Of a DNA stretch of 55,781 nucleotides, positions 35,085 to 44,481 are shown piece by piece. This DNA comes from a virus (taxonomy: Duplodnaviria; Caudoviricetes): positions 1-55,781 of the IMG/VR virus record IMGVR_UViG_3300037847_002600. One strand, 5' to 3'. Below the pieces are notes generated by a model that was not told where the DNA came from, searched no databases, and was given only the letters and a program-made list of their open reading frames with translations. How positions within the stretch are numbered: position 1 is the stretch's first letter; the number at the start of each line of letters is the position of its first letter. The translations under genes and the position numbers were made by a program.

Positions 35085-36842
35085 CTAGTTTGACGAGTTT
35101 GTGTACCATTTACGGTAGCTGTTACGCCGACGAACTGTACTCGTCGCCCGTGTCATACGACGTAACACAGGAACAGCGGGAGGTCGAAGGTCACCGTATC
35201 TTTTTGATAAGGTGAGAAGAGCTTCTCTGTACTTCTGAGTACACATTATGCTTTGCTGGGATTGACCTAGGTTTTCGTAAAACAGCGCCATCGCTTTCTC
35301 AAGCAAAACATTCATGGCTTCGGCGTGGAGTACCGGATTATCTGCGTCATCTACAAGAGGTTGCGGACGTGTCACGCAACGGATGTCCGTATGATACGCC
35401 TTGTCGGGCTTGGGGTAGAACTGTGCTGTCTGGTACCCGTTAATGGTATGCAGCCGCCGACTGTAGTCAGGCAGAAACGTGCCATTATCATAGAAGATAC
35501 CGTCGTTTAACGTATCGACTCTCATCTCTGCAAGGAGGTAAAACGCACTGTCTGTATCTAGCTGTGACTTATCCAGCCCCGTTGCAAGGTTAGGTGTATT
35601 ACCATACTCTTCCCACTTCGTAGCGATACGTCGGCGGTAGATACGGACATAGATACCACTTTGGTTGGCAGAGTGTCGAGTATACGTGGTTCCGCCTCGG
35701 GTAATCTTCATCATGTACCCAAGAGCGTACGTGATGTTAGGGAGCGAGACACGTATCGCTCCGTAGGGGGCAGCTCCGGTAGCACTTTGTTCCGCCGAGT
35801 ACGTCGTTGAAGCCGAGGCAGAGGCAGGAGACGGTGGCGACTCAAACCTAGGCTCCCTGTATCTGTTACGTGAGGCGTTGGCCCCTACCGTAGTTGAAGG
35901 CGGTGTAGAGGGGAATGTCTCTGTCGAGGTGTTCAAGAACTCGTTCGCAGTACCATCCCATTGTCCTAGCCCCGGTGCTTGCAAAGAGAGGTCCCGCTTA
36001 CCCCAAGTATATGTCACCTTGTACTCAAAGGTGCCCGGAGGTTCGGGGCCTTCCCAAGCAGCAACCCAACCTTCGTTCCCCGCAGCAGGGTGTGCCGTAG
36101 CTACTGGGGCGACACTAGGGCCTCGGAGGCTGACATGTTGTCGTCGGAACAGACACCTAGGTTGGCCTGATGCTACTTGGCTATCAGGTCCATCCAATAG
36201 AAGCTCTTCAGCTTCTTGCTGACCGTAGATGTCTAGAGGGAAGCTGCTTGCCTCGTCTCGCAGACGCACAGATCGGACCTGTACGATATTGTCAGGGAGA
36301 GCATACGCTTCGGTAAAGATGCGGTACTTGAACTTAGCGCCACCAGAGAACTTGGCGTCAGTCGCAGGCGTAGGCCGCACTACTGTGAAGTAAAAATAAC
36401 CATTAGGGGCGTCTAACCAAACAGATCTGATTTGATGCCTGTGAATCGTCCCATCATCCTCGATGATGTCGATCATACGACCGTCCCATCCGCGTGAATA
36501 GTCCCACAAGGTGAACTTGTCGGGGAGGGCTTGCTGTACTGCAAGAGAGTACGTCGTTCGCCACGTCCATGCATCCGCAGATACACCAGCAGGCAAGGTG
36601 TGATTACCTACCAACTGCACCTTATCAAAGACGCCGTTGTCAGGGTCACCTGCCTTGCTTTTAACGTCTGGTTCAGTGACTAGCTGAACCTTAGACTCAA
36701 AGAAGAGAAACGGGGCCTCCAAGGCCAACGTGTTGTAGGCCCGGTTGATGAAGCCGTTGACGCGGGTGATCGCTTCAGGCGAACTATTCGGTGAATAGTC
36801 CGCCTGAGCGAACATCGCATCCCGAATCTCTTTGAGATTCAT
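35085..36842 (-). CDS. Head-tail adaptor-like protein with large insertions
   Basis: MNLKEIRD...FINRAY..L at the N-terminus; YALP, FYPKPD..Y and PL..D.D.P at the C-terminus. Confidence 0.65.
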   Translation of the reverse strand: MNLKEIRDAMFAQADYSPNSSPEAITRVNGFINRAYNTLALEAPFLFFESKVQLVTEPDVKSKAGDPDNGVFDKVQLVGNHTLPAGVSADAWTWRTTYSLAVQQALPDKFTLWDYSRGWDGRMIDIIEDDGTIHRHQIRSVWLDAPNGYFYFTVVRPTPATDAKFSGGAKFKYRIFTEAYALPDNIVQVRSVRLRDEASSFPLDIYGQQEAEELLLDGPDSQVASGQPRCLFRRQHVSLRGPSVAPVATAHPAAGNEGWVAAWEGPEPPGTFEYKVTYTWGKRDLSLQAPGLGQWDGTANEFLNTSTETFPSTPPSTTVGANASRNRYREPRFESPPSPASASASTTYSAEQSATGAAPYGAIRVSLPNITYALGYMMKITRGGTTYTRHSANQSGIYVRIYRRRIATKWEEYGNTPNLATGLDKSQLDTDSAFYLLAEMRVDTLNDGIFYDNGTFLPDYSRRLHTINGYQTAQFYPKPDKAYHTDIRCVTRPQPLVDDADNPVLHAEAMNVLLEKAMALFYENLGQSQQSIMCTQKYREALLTLSKRYGDLRPPAVPVLRRMTRATSTVRRRNSYRKWYTNSSN

Positions 36843-36845
36843 CTA

Positions 36846-37343
36846 TTAGCTACCAGTACCGCAAAGCACCATGCCGGTTCCGTAGAACGGGCCTGCGCCG
36901 CCGATCTGTGCAGGAGCTGTGAGCATGTAGCCCAAGTTGCCTGCGACATCAGCCTCGTTAGCGAGGTTATTGATAATCGCCACGCCGTTAGCTGCGGTCT
37001 TGATTTGGTCAGCCGCACCGGGGCTAGCCGCGCTGGTGCTCAAGATCACCGGGCAGTAACCACGAGCGATCACGAACCCGTACGACCCGTTAGCAATATC
37101 GCTTTGCGCTACGCCGTAGACCTTCACGGCCTCCAAGTTAGCTCCAGCTTCGTCTACCACATAGGGGGCGGTAGTAGCTTGTGCCACCAACGCTCCTTTA
37201 GAGATAGCACCGTTTGCTTTGACATAGACCCATGTCTGAAGACCGTTGTCTCCGTCAGGTACGGTGAGGCGGAAGCCCAAGGGGGCTTGCTGCGTAGTAG
37301 TAACGGTATCTTTAGTGATACCTGCTGCTGTAAATCCAGACAT
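36846..37343 (-). CDS. Capsid decoration/cement-like protein
   Basis: Follows the MCP; PLG.R...WVYVKA..AI..G...GVAQ..IA...YG.V..RG. Confidence 0.6.
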   Translation of the reverse strand: MSGFTAAGITKDTVTTTQQAPLGFRLTVPDGDNGLQTWVYVKANGAISKGALVAQATTAPYVVDEAGANLEAVKVYGVAQSDIANGSYGFVIARGYCPVILSTSAASPGAADQIKTAANGVAIINNLANEADVAGNLGYMLTAPAQIGGAGPFYGTGMVLCGTGS

Positions 37344-37353
37344 GATCCCTCCT

Positions 37354-38481
37354 TTAAGGTGTGCCTGCGCCGGTGACGACGAAGTTAGAACGAAGTTGCG
37401 TACAGTGCATGCCCATCATGAGCACCAACTCGTAGCGGTAAATGTCCTGATCCGGAATACGGAACGGACCGCGAACTGCGAAGTCGCCCTTGGTCTCACG
37501 GCTTGCGTCGTGTCCGAGGGTGAAGAGGTGCCATGTCGGGGTCTTGAACCCGTAGATGATACCGTCAGCGCCATTGCCCTGTGCAGTGTTGCCTGTGGTG
37601 TTACCACCAACAGTGTACGCAGCAGACGCAATGTCAATCGCATCGTCGAGGAAGAAGTCGGCTTCCAAGAACTTGACGCCTTGACGAACCAGAGGCGGTG
37701 CCTTGTCGCCTTCAACCTTGACCACGCGGACTTGATCGTCCAAGTCGTCGATGTAGTTGAGGTACGAGGACTCATCACCGATCATCAAGTCAACAGGACC
37801 GGAGGTCTTGCCCTGACGTGAAGCAGCGAAGTAAGCCTTACGCATTTGGCTACGACCGTTGACAGCAAACGAAGAGATGTCCTCGTACTGGTTACCCCAG
37901 CCTGTGATAGCAGCAGCACCGCCACCGTTACAGAGCAGGTTGTGAACCGTGTTGTCTTGATCGGCGAGTGCCAAAGCGGACAGGAAGCCGTCACGGGTAG
38001 TACCGTCGGGCGAGAAGGAACGGTTACCGTTCAGGGTGCAGAATGCCTCGACACCGTCGCCGGTGATTGCCGAGTCGCCTGTACCAAGCTGACGGGAGAT
38101 CCGCTCGTGGAAGTCGGACAGAGCCAACTCTGGGTAGTGCTGAAGGATACGAGCGAGGTCCATCTCGCCGTTTGCTTCTGCAAGGTCTTTGCCGGGAACG
38201 TCAAACGCGTAGATGAGGCGAGGTGCTACGACCTTACCACGGTGTGCGTTTTGTGAACGACCGCCTGCGATGATCTCGGTGCCCGTCTGGACGTGGGTAA
38301 TCGTACCCGGTCCGTCTGTAACAACCGCGAACTCGCGCTCAGGCCCTTTGAGGCTTGCGCTGTCAAGGTTACCGTTAATCAAGATCTTTTCCATAAGAGG
38401 ATGGAACTTGACGAACAACTCACTGTACGACGGCATCAACTCATTGAGTGCAGTCGCCAGAACGTCTGGTGAAATGGCCAT
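37354..38481 (-). CDS. Major capsid protein
   Basis: 375 aa after the scaffold; strong AGGAGG RBS; composition and position typical of an HK97-fold MCP. Confidence 0.8.
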   Translation of the reverse strand: MAISPDVLATALNELMPSYSELFVKFHPLMEKILINGNLDSASLKGPEREFAVVTDGPGTITHVQTGTEIIAGGRSQNAHRGKVVAPRLIYAFDVPGKDLAEANGEMDLARILQHYPELALSDFHERISRQLGTGDSAITGDGVEAFCTLNGNRSFSPDGTTRDGFLSALALADQDNTVHNLLCNGGGAAAITGWGNQYEDISSFAVNGRSQMRKAYFAASRQGKTSGPVDLMIGDESSYLNYIDDLDDQVRVVKVEGDKAPPLVRQGVKFLEADFFLDDAIDIASAAYTVGGNTTGNTAQGNGADGIIYGFKTPTWHLFTLGHDASRETKGDFAVRGPFRIPDQDIYRYELVLMMGMHCTQLRSNFVVTGAGTP

Positions 38482-39350
38482 TAGGCCCTCCTAGTTTTCT
38501 TAGGTGTTAGTGCTCTACGCGCTGCTAAAGTACGAAAATCACGCAGCGACATTGCTCCCGTATCCGGAGCAAGCGGAGCCTGCTCTGGTGGACGAGCTGG
38601 GGTCGTCGCCCCTGCCGTAATCTGCGCCCCCGGACGAGGCTTTGCGGGTCGGCTCTTCGCCCCCTCAGCAAGACGAAGCGCGTAGGTTTCTGGAACCCCG
38701 TTTGACTTCGCCTCACGTGCTACTGCGAGAGCCGACTTAGGCAGGCGCGAGGCTACCGCTGCCGACTCCACAGACCAACCGTCTTCAAGCAACGCCGTAA
38801 AACGCTCTTTGAGTTCCCCATCCTCAAAGAGTTGAGGGTTGGCTTCCCTGAACGCGTTAGCGTACTGGTTGGCTTCATCCTCGATTGCTTGATTTACTAT
38901 CTTCTGATAATCTTTGTACTCGGTTTGCAGGGCGTTGAACTCCTGCTCACGAGTATTGTACTTGGTTTCCCAGTCAGCTATCTCTGTCTGGTACTTAGCC
39001 AAGCGGGGGTCTTCTTTGCCCCCCATGAGAGCTTCGTAGATCTCTTTGTTACGGTCGAGATCGTTGTTTAGCTCTTCCATCTTCTTACTGTAAAACGAGC
39101 CGATACGCTCGCCCCATGGCTGAAGTTGATCCGGAAACGACTCGTGTTTACCGTCCCATGTGTCCCAGCCGAACTCATCCGCAGAGGGAAAAGAGACGGG
39201 GGCCTCGGCTTCTGGCTGAGGATCTGGTTCGGCAGTTAGGGAGGACTCCACCTCGACAGACGCATCCGCTGCGGGCGCGGCCTCTACAGGCGCGGCTTCC
39301 ACAGTTTCAACGGTCTCAGGGGCCCCCGCCTCAAGAGCTTCTTCACTCAT
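38481..39350 (-). CDS. Scaffolding protein
   Basis: Acidic disordered N-terminus, coiled coil and basic C-terminal tail; immediately upstream of the MCP. Confidence 0.75.
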   Translation of the reverse strand: MSEEALEAGAPETVETVEAAPVEAAPAADASVEVESSLTAEPDPQPEAEAPVSFPSADEFGWDTWDGKHESFPDQLQPWGERIGSFYSKKMEELNNDLDRNKEIYEALMGGKEDPRLAKYQTEIADWETKYNTREQEFNALQTEYKDYQKIVNQAIEDEANQYANAFREANPQLFEDGELKERFTALLEDGWSVESAAVASRLPKSALAVAREAKSNGVPETYALRLAEGAKSRPAKPRPGAQITAGATTPARPPEQAPLAPDTGAMSLRDFRTLAARRALTPKKTRRA

Positions 39351-39690
39351 CTTCACTCTCCCTTTTCTTTTTGTCATCGGCCAAGGCGAACTTTGCTACC
39401 TTGATCCGCATCTTGCCCCGTCCTTTAGGGCTCAAATCGTTGCCTTCGGTCATAGGGGGCGGCAACATCCCCATAAGCTCGTCCATCTCGCCCATCGCTT
39501 CGGTGGCTTCAGCCTCGTCCATCTCTTCGACCGCACCGTCCACAGGTCCCATGTCTTCTGGAGCTTCGTCCATCATAGGCTCTTTCATCACAAGGTCATA
39601 CCCTGTAGTGTCGAGGATGGCACGTAACTCCATCTCGGTCTGAGGTGGGTTGTCTTGCAGTTGAGTCAATAGGTCATTCATGGCAGGCAT
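39343..39690 (-). CDS. Acidic Met-rich hypothetical protein
   Basis: AAGGAGG RBS; basic C-terminal RIKVAKFAL segment. Confidence 0.7.
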   Translation of the reverse strand: MPAMNDLLTQLQDNPPQTEMELRAILDTTGYDLVMKEPMMDEAPEDMGPVDGAVEEMDEAEATEAMGEMDELMGMLPPPMTEGNDLSPKGRGKMRIKVAKFALADDKKKRESEDE

Positions 39691-39708
39691 AAGGGCCTCC
39701 TTACAAGC

Positions 39709-39737
39709 TGATTAGTAAACATAAATATTCTTGTCAA
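39709..39737 (-). promoter_or_regulatory. Putative promoter for scaffold/capsid genes
   Basis: TTGACA-N17-TAATCA in a local AT-rich patch. Confidence 0.4.
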
Positions 39738-40128
39738 GTTTACCAGACTGTTTAGCTTTCTCTTTCTTACGCCGTTTCTTCTTATCTTCGAGGTCACGGT
39801 AGCCCATGCGGCGCGCTGTGGCCTCGGCCTTCTCGGCAGCGGCGTCCCTATGCTTCCTCCAAGCTGCGGAATCAGCCGATAGGATTTCGCAGTCTGGATT
39901 CTTGCGTTGGTACTCACGCCAGTCGGACCCGTTTTCAAATGTCTTGCCGACTTGCTTAACGACTAGAGGTTTTGAAGGCATGGGCCCGATGAGGGCGACC
40001 TCGCTGATGACCGTTTCCAGCTTCGCATTACACTCCGGGCACGTTGTCTTGCCGTGCTGTGCGAGCGGTACAAAGATGTCATTGAAGTACCCGCATCCGG
40101 CGGGGCACCTGAAATCATACATAGGCAT
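39712..40128 (-). CDS. FmdB-like zinc-ribbon protein with basic extension
   Basis: MPMYDFRCPAGCG...CPECN.KL..VIS. Confidence 0.8.
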   Translation of the reverse strand: MPMYDFRCPAGCGYFNDIFVPLAQHGKTTCPECNAKLETVISEVALIGPMPSKPLVVKQVGKTFENGSDWREYQRKNPDCEILSADSAAWRKHRDAAAEKAEATARRMGYRDLEDKKKRRKKEKAKQSGKLDKNIYVY

Positions 40129-40262
40129 CAGTACTTTCCCTTTTTCTTGCGCTTCGTCATGTTGATCCCTTGAGCAACAGCTTGCTTGCGCGGTTTGCCC
40201 TCCTTAAGGAGCTTCTTGATCTTGTCGCTAACACGTTCGTCTGATGACTTGTACTTAGCCAT
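40128..40262 (-). CDS. Small basic protein (44 aa, not in ORF track)
   Basis: MAKYKSSDERVSDKIKKLLKEGKPRKQAVAQGINMTKRKKKGKY; I..L..EG.P.KQAVA pattern recalled from phage head regions; TAATG/TGATG coupling. Confidence 0.7.
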   Translation of the reverse strand: MAKYKSSDERVSDKIKKLLKEGKPRKQAVAQGINMTKRKKKGKY

Positions 40263-40357
40263 TACTTCTCCTTACCCTTCTTCTTGCGGACCAAGGGGAC
40301 CACAAGACGAAGGACAGAGCCTACAATATCAAGAATCTTCTTAACAGGAACACGCAT
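40262..40357 (-). CDS. Cationic amphipathic micro-peptide (31 aa)
   Basis: MRVPVKKILDIVGSVLRLVVPLVRKKKGKEK fills the gap exactly; weak RBS. Confidence 0.45.
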   Translation of the reverse strand: MRVPVKKILDIVGSVLRLVVPLVRKKKGKEK

Positions 40358-40361
40358 CTTC

Positions 40362-40856
40362 TTAGCGGCCACCTTTGCCTTCGCCTCCGCCGCCGCCTGT
40401 TCCGACGGGCGTTTTTGGATCTCGGTCAGTTCCACCACCGCGTGGGCCACGAGCCTGCTTGAACTTCGGGTCTGTGTCCTGACCGCCAGCGAAAGGAGGT
40501 GCTCCTTCTCCCTTCTTAGAGCGAAACTCCTTCTTAGTGTCTGCCGTACCTTTAGATGGGGCCTTCCCGGACCGCTCAGAACCCTCTGCTGTACCACCGG
40601 CTGCGGGGCGTTGGCTCTTGGGCGCAGGTTGATCTGTACCAAAGGCCCTGTCTTCCGCTCTGGCCTTAAGCACGGCGGCCTTCTCGGCTCCGACCCTTTG
40701 TTCGATGCGACGAATAAGCGCCTTTGTCTTAGGGTGTTCAATACCATGCTCTTCAAGACTCAAGACAAGAGCTTTTACGTCTTCTTCGTCCATTGTATCG
40801 GATGCTACGTTGTTGACGTTAGGCATCTCAGTAGCACGTTCTATCATTCCGTTCAT
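40362..40856 (-). CDS. Hypothetical protein with G/K-rich disordered tail
   Basis: AGGAG RBS after the portal gene. Confidence 0.6.
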   Translation of the reverse strand: MNGMIERATEMPNVNNVASDTMDEEDVKALVLSLEEHGIEHPKTKALIRRIEQRVGAEKAAVLKARAEDRAFGTDQPAPKSQRPAAGGTAEGSERSGKAPSKGTADTKKEFRSKKGEGAPPFAGGQDTDPKFKQARGPRGGGTDRDPKTPVGTGGGGGEGKGGR

Positions 40857-40865
40857 AATCGACTC

Positions 40866-42680
40866 CTAAATAAATGGGTTGCCCGGTCCGCCCATGGGCG
40901 TGGGGACAGGTGATGGTTCTGTACCTGCGGGCAATGCGCCCGAGTTGAGTGTATCAAGGTTAGCGTTAGGGGGCAAAGGTCCCCCCATTCCGGGCATAGG
41001 CGGCATACCGGGCATACCGGGCATACCGGGCATACCCGGTTGAGGCGGCATGGCCGGTGGTGCCGTCGGTCCTTTCTGAACGGCAAGGACTTCGCGCATC
41101 TGTAGCAGGTCAAGCAGCTTCGTCAGTAGCTTCTCTTGGTCTACAACGGGAGATTGTAGGAGCAACGGCATATACTGCTGAAGTTTCTGGAGCTGCACAA
41201 GGCGATGGTTCTCCGTAGGTGAGTACGGAATAGCCTCGTAGTCATACTCAAGGGCTCGGTCTTCAGGGTCGCGCTCGCTAACGAACTGAAGCGAATCACG
41301 TGTCGCCGTCAGAACTTTTTGGCTGTCGGTCAGACGGATGGGCAAAAGAGAGTCCTCTGCAAGGAACTCTTCGTACAGAGATACGACCTTATCGGCCATG
41401 TCCCGTAGCATATCTTCAACCTGCTTTATTCGTCGTCCGTTTCTTGTTCGGGTCGCAGTGTCGGCAAGCGCGACCTCCGTAGCAACGTCCGCCACACCCA
41501 CAACCCCCCGACTATACTGAGGGATGCCGAGGATAAACTCAATGACCTGATTACATCTTGCGCGCATCTCCTTAAAAGATGGCGTGATGGATGGGATGGG
41601 TGTCTGTCCAATGATGTCTCCGAGAGGCGCGTTGGCCTTACCCTGAATCGCCACCATGGAGCCCGGTTGGTTCGCATCTGCGAGGGAGGTCATGATGTCT
41701 TCGGGGTTATCAACCAACGCTGTGTTGACAAGCATGACAGGCGTCGAAGTGTGTGCGTGCCATAGCTCAAGGGTATCAATCTCGTTCAGACGCTCTTGCA
41801 GGGACTGGATAAGCTTAATGTCCGACAGGCCCGCTAGGTTTGCCATGTTCTCGTTGAACGACAACAACGTAAACGGGTTTTTGGCGTAGCGGTATGGAAG
41901 CTCGCCAGCAAACAGGGGCTCCTCTACGTCCTCAAGGAAGTGGTAGTAGCGGCCCTTGCCCTGAAAGTCATACACCTCGTAGACCGTGACCCACTTGTAC
42001 ACGCTGCGCGAGGCCTCGTTAAGCATCGTCGAGTTCTTAGCGTTGTCCTTCAGCCATGTCGGAAAGCCTGTAAAGGTGGCCTTCTCAGCGACCTTTTCGT
42101 TGTACATCGTACCCCGACCTTGCTTCTTGGCTCGGCGTGTTTTGAACTCTGCCTCGGTCAGGACCGTCACCTCTACAAGGTAGCGAATGTCGTCCCACTT
42201 GGCAGCGGACATATCGAAGAACACGTAACGAGGGTCTACCTCGAAGATCTCAGCCGAACCCTTACGGAAGTTCCACACTGTCTTCGTGAAGGCTCTGCCG
42301 CAGATGGACGTGTTGATCGCGGTCTTCCACAGCTTTGCATGTAGCTTGTTACGGCGGAACACGTCGTTGATCAAAGCTTCGCGGAACTGTGCAGCAGGCC
42401 GCATCTTCTCTTGACGTGCAAGCACTGTCATCTGAGGGTTCTGCGGACAGATGTTGGCGATCATCGTGTCGATGAAAGCGTAGGGGTAGTTGGTCTCGAA
42501 GTTGATGTCCGCAGTAGGGTCATCCGCAATCGGGGTCGAACCTGACGGTTGGTCGGGCTGTGCTCCCCAGTACTCGGACACGTACCACGCACGCCACCGG
42601 TCCCAGTCACGTCTCTCTTGCTTAGACTTCGACTTGTGGGTTCTGATGATCCCCTGTATCTGTTTGCCTGTAAGTGCCAC
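40866..42680 (-). CDS. Portal protein (P22-like)
   Basis: 604 aa helical; VDP..VFFD, V.VYEVYD, NPF..L.F..GLSD, ATEV; PGM-repeat tail; position between TerL and scaffold. Confidence 0.85.
   Translation of the reverse strand: MALTGKQIQGIIRTHKSKSKQERRDWDRWRAWYVSEYWGAQPDQPSGSTPIADDPTADINFETNYPYAFIDTMIANICPQNPQMTVLARQEKMRPAAQFREALINDVFRRNKLHAKLWKTAINTSICGRAFTKTVWNFRKGSAEIFEVDPRYVFFDMSAAKWDDIRYLVEVTVLTEAEFKTRRAKKQGRGTMYNEKVAEKATFTGFPTWLKDNAKNSTMLNEASRSVYKWVTVYEVYDFQGKGRYYHFLEDVEEPLFAGELPYRYAKNPFTLLSFNENMANLAGLSDIKLIQSLQERLNEIDTLELWHAHTSTPVMLVNTALVDNPEDIMTSLADANQPGSMVAIQGKANAPLGDIIGQTPIPSITPSFKEMRARCNQVIEFILGIPQYSRGVVGVADVATEVALADTATRTRNGRRIKQVEDMLRDMADKVVSLYEEFLAEDSLLPIRLTDSQKVLTATRDSLQFVSERDPEDRALEYDYEAIPYSPTENHRLVQLQKLQQYMPLLLQSPVVDQEKLLTKLLDLLQMREVLAVQKGPTAPPAMPPQPGMPGMPGMPGMPPMPGMGGPLPPNANLDTLNSGALPAGTEPSPVPTPMGGPGNPFI
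41002..41036. repeat. Coding tandem repeat (GGCATACCG) x ~3.9
   Basis: Encodes PGM repeats in the portal tail. Confidence 0.85.
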
Positions 42681-42688
42681 GCGTCCTC

Positions 42689-44332
42689 CTAGTTAGCCCC
42701 GGCTTTTTTCTTTACTGCGTCTTGTACAAGTAGCACGTCCGCCAAGATCTGCATCGCTAGATCAGGCGTCAAGATCTGCGTACCCTCAATACCTGTCGGT
42801 ATGATACGTGCCAGTCCGATGGGACCTCCTTCCTCTTCGCCGAGCATGGCGACGATAAGAGGTTCAACGTCACGCGTGTAGTCTTTCTTGGCAAGGTCCA
42901 TGATAATAGCACGGTACAGGTCCGTCGGATTCACGTAGCCAGTGGCGGTTTCCTCACCTAGAGGGCTGCGCTCGGGCTGGGCAACGTAGTCAGGTCGTCT
43001 CTCTACAGGGGTAAACAACAACGGATCATTCGCGTCTAGCGGGCGGCGAGCCGTGCGGGCCATGTTAGGGAGCTGCTCTAGTGGGGTACCAAATAGTTGT
43101 CGTAACATCTGTCGAATGGCTACATTTGAGGCCTCAGTCGTAGCAAGAAGCGTTTCGGCGGGTGGCGACACAGCAGCCATGTTAAATACGCCCTGCCTAA
43201 TAGCTGCAAGCTTGGCCGCACGGGGCAACGCATAGAACGATTTGACTCCTGCCTCTACAGCGCCGGGAACCGATGCGATGCCAGAGGCTAGGGCCGAGCC
43301 GCCTCGAACCACAGCACCCGGCGCACCAAACAGCGCGTTCTTTAGTGTTGATGGAGCGTTACGAATCATCTCTTTAGCGCGACGAATAGCGGAAGCGGTC
43401 ACACTGTAGTTCAGGTCGTCTAGCGCAAACACCGGGCTGAGAGGGTCAACGCCCTCGTTAAGCGCCTTACGTGCAATAACACGAGCTATAACCGTACGCT
43501 CTACAGGTGCCAGCGTTTCGTCCACCGATTGGATCATAGCCTCAAGCGCCCGTACGCGATCGGCATCGTCCGAGGACAAATCAAACAGTAACATACTGCC
43601 CTTACTGCCGGGTTGCAGCCGTGGACCTGTCTCTGGAGGAAAGTCTTTTAGTCGTGCCTGCGCATTCTCTTTGGCTTGCGCTAGAATACGGGCCTCTTCG
43701 TTAAGGTCGTCCATCGTTAGAGTGTTAACGAGTTCAGCAAACTGATGCTGTTGACGGGTACGTGGCGCGGGGCCTTCGAGCAACTTCTGCCCTTGAGCGT
43801 TGACCTGAGCGTCGGGCAGGTCCATGTTGACGCGAGGACCGTCTATCTGGCTAGCCGCTCGGACACTCGGCACACGCTTCAGGGCCTCCTGCGCGATCAT
43901 CGTCTTGGTGCCGGGGCCTTCAGGTGTTGTGGCGTCAGTCCCGACGCGAGGCGGACGCTCTTCACCGGCCTTGGCGGCGTCCGCAGCAGCGTCAGCGGTA
44001 CCCTCTTGAGAGCGATCTGCTTGTTGTCTGCGGAGTTGTTCTTGCTCAGACAGATCAGCAGGGCCACCGATAACTGCGCCTCGTGGGGTCGCTGTGGTCG
44101 TCAGATAGTCATACAGGATGTTGCGTGGGATGTCGCCCTCGGGGACGCGTGCAGTCAGCCGTGTCGGCGCACGTTCGCGGCGAGGTTTCCCTACGTCCGC
44201 GCCAAGAGCTTCTAGGTACGAGCTAATGTCCTCGTAAGGGTAATCCACCCCTTCGACTTCAATCGGAGCAGCCTCCGGGCGTCGCTGTTGCTGGAGCATA
44301 TTGATACGGTCGGCTAGGCGTGTACGTCTCAC
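42689..44332 (-). CDS. Hypothetical protein (547 aa)
   Basis: GTG after GAGGAG; long Ala/Pro-rich ORF between TerL and portal. Confidence 0.7.
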   Translation of the reverse strand: MRRTRLADRINMLQQQRRPEAAPIEVEGVDYPYEDISSYLEALGADVGKPRRERAPTRLTARVPEGDIPRNILYDYLTTTATPRGAVIGGPADLSEQEQLRRQQADRSQEGTADAAADAAKAGEERPPRVGTDATTPEGPGTKTMIAQEALKRVPSVRAASQIDGPRVNMDLPDAQVNAQGQKLLEGPAPRTRQQHQFAELVNTLTMDDLNEEARILAQAKENAQARLKDFPPETGPRLQPGSKGSMLLFDLSSDDADRVRALEAMIQSVDETLAPVERTVIARVIARKALNEGVDPLSPVFALDDLNYSVTASAIRRAKEMIRNAPSTLKNALFGAPGAVVRGGSALASGIASVPGAVEAGVKSFYALPRAAKLAAIRQGVFNMAAVSPPAETLLATTEASNVAIRQMLRQLFGTPLEQLPNMARTARRPLDANDPLLFTPVERRPDYVAQPERSPLGEETATGYVNPTDLYRAIIMDLAKKDYTRDVEPLIVAMLGEEEGGPIGLARIIPTGIEGTQILTPDLAMQILADVLLVQDAVKKKAGAN

Positions 44333-44481
44333 TGGCCCTCCTCGGTCGTCTTCTTGAACTCAACAACATCGTCGTCAGGCTTCTCAAACGACGCATCGTA
44401 TTCGCTATCAAGCCGTTCTTTAAGTTCGCGTAAGACACGATGGACGTTGGACATAGGATTATATTTGGGGTCTTCTGCCAT
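44329..44481 (-). CDS. Small acidic protein (50 aa, not in ORF track)
   Basis: MAEDPKYNPMSNVHRVLRELKERLDSEYDASFEKPDDDVVEFKKTTEEGQ; AGGAGG RBS; TAATG coupling. Confidence 0.65.
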   Translation of the reverse strand: MAEDPKYNPMSNVHRVLRELKERLDSEYDASFEKPDDDVVEFKKTTEEGQ

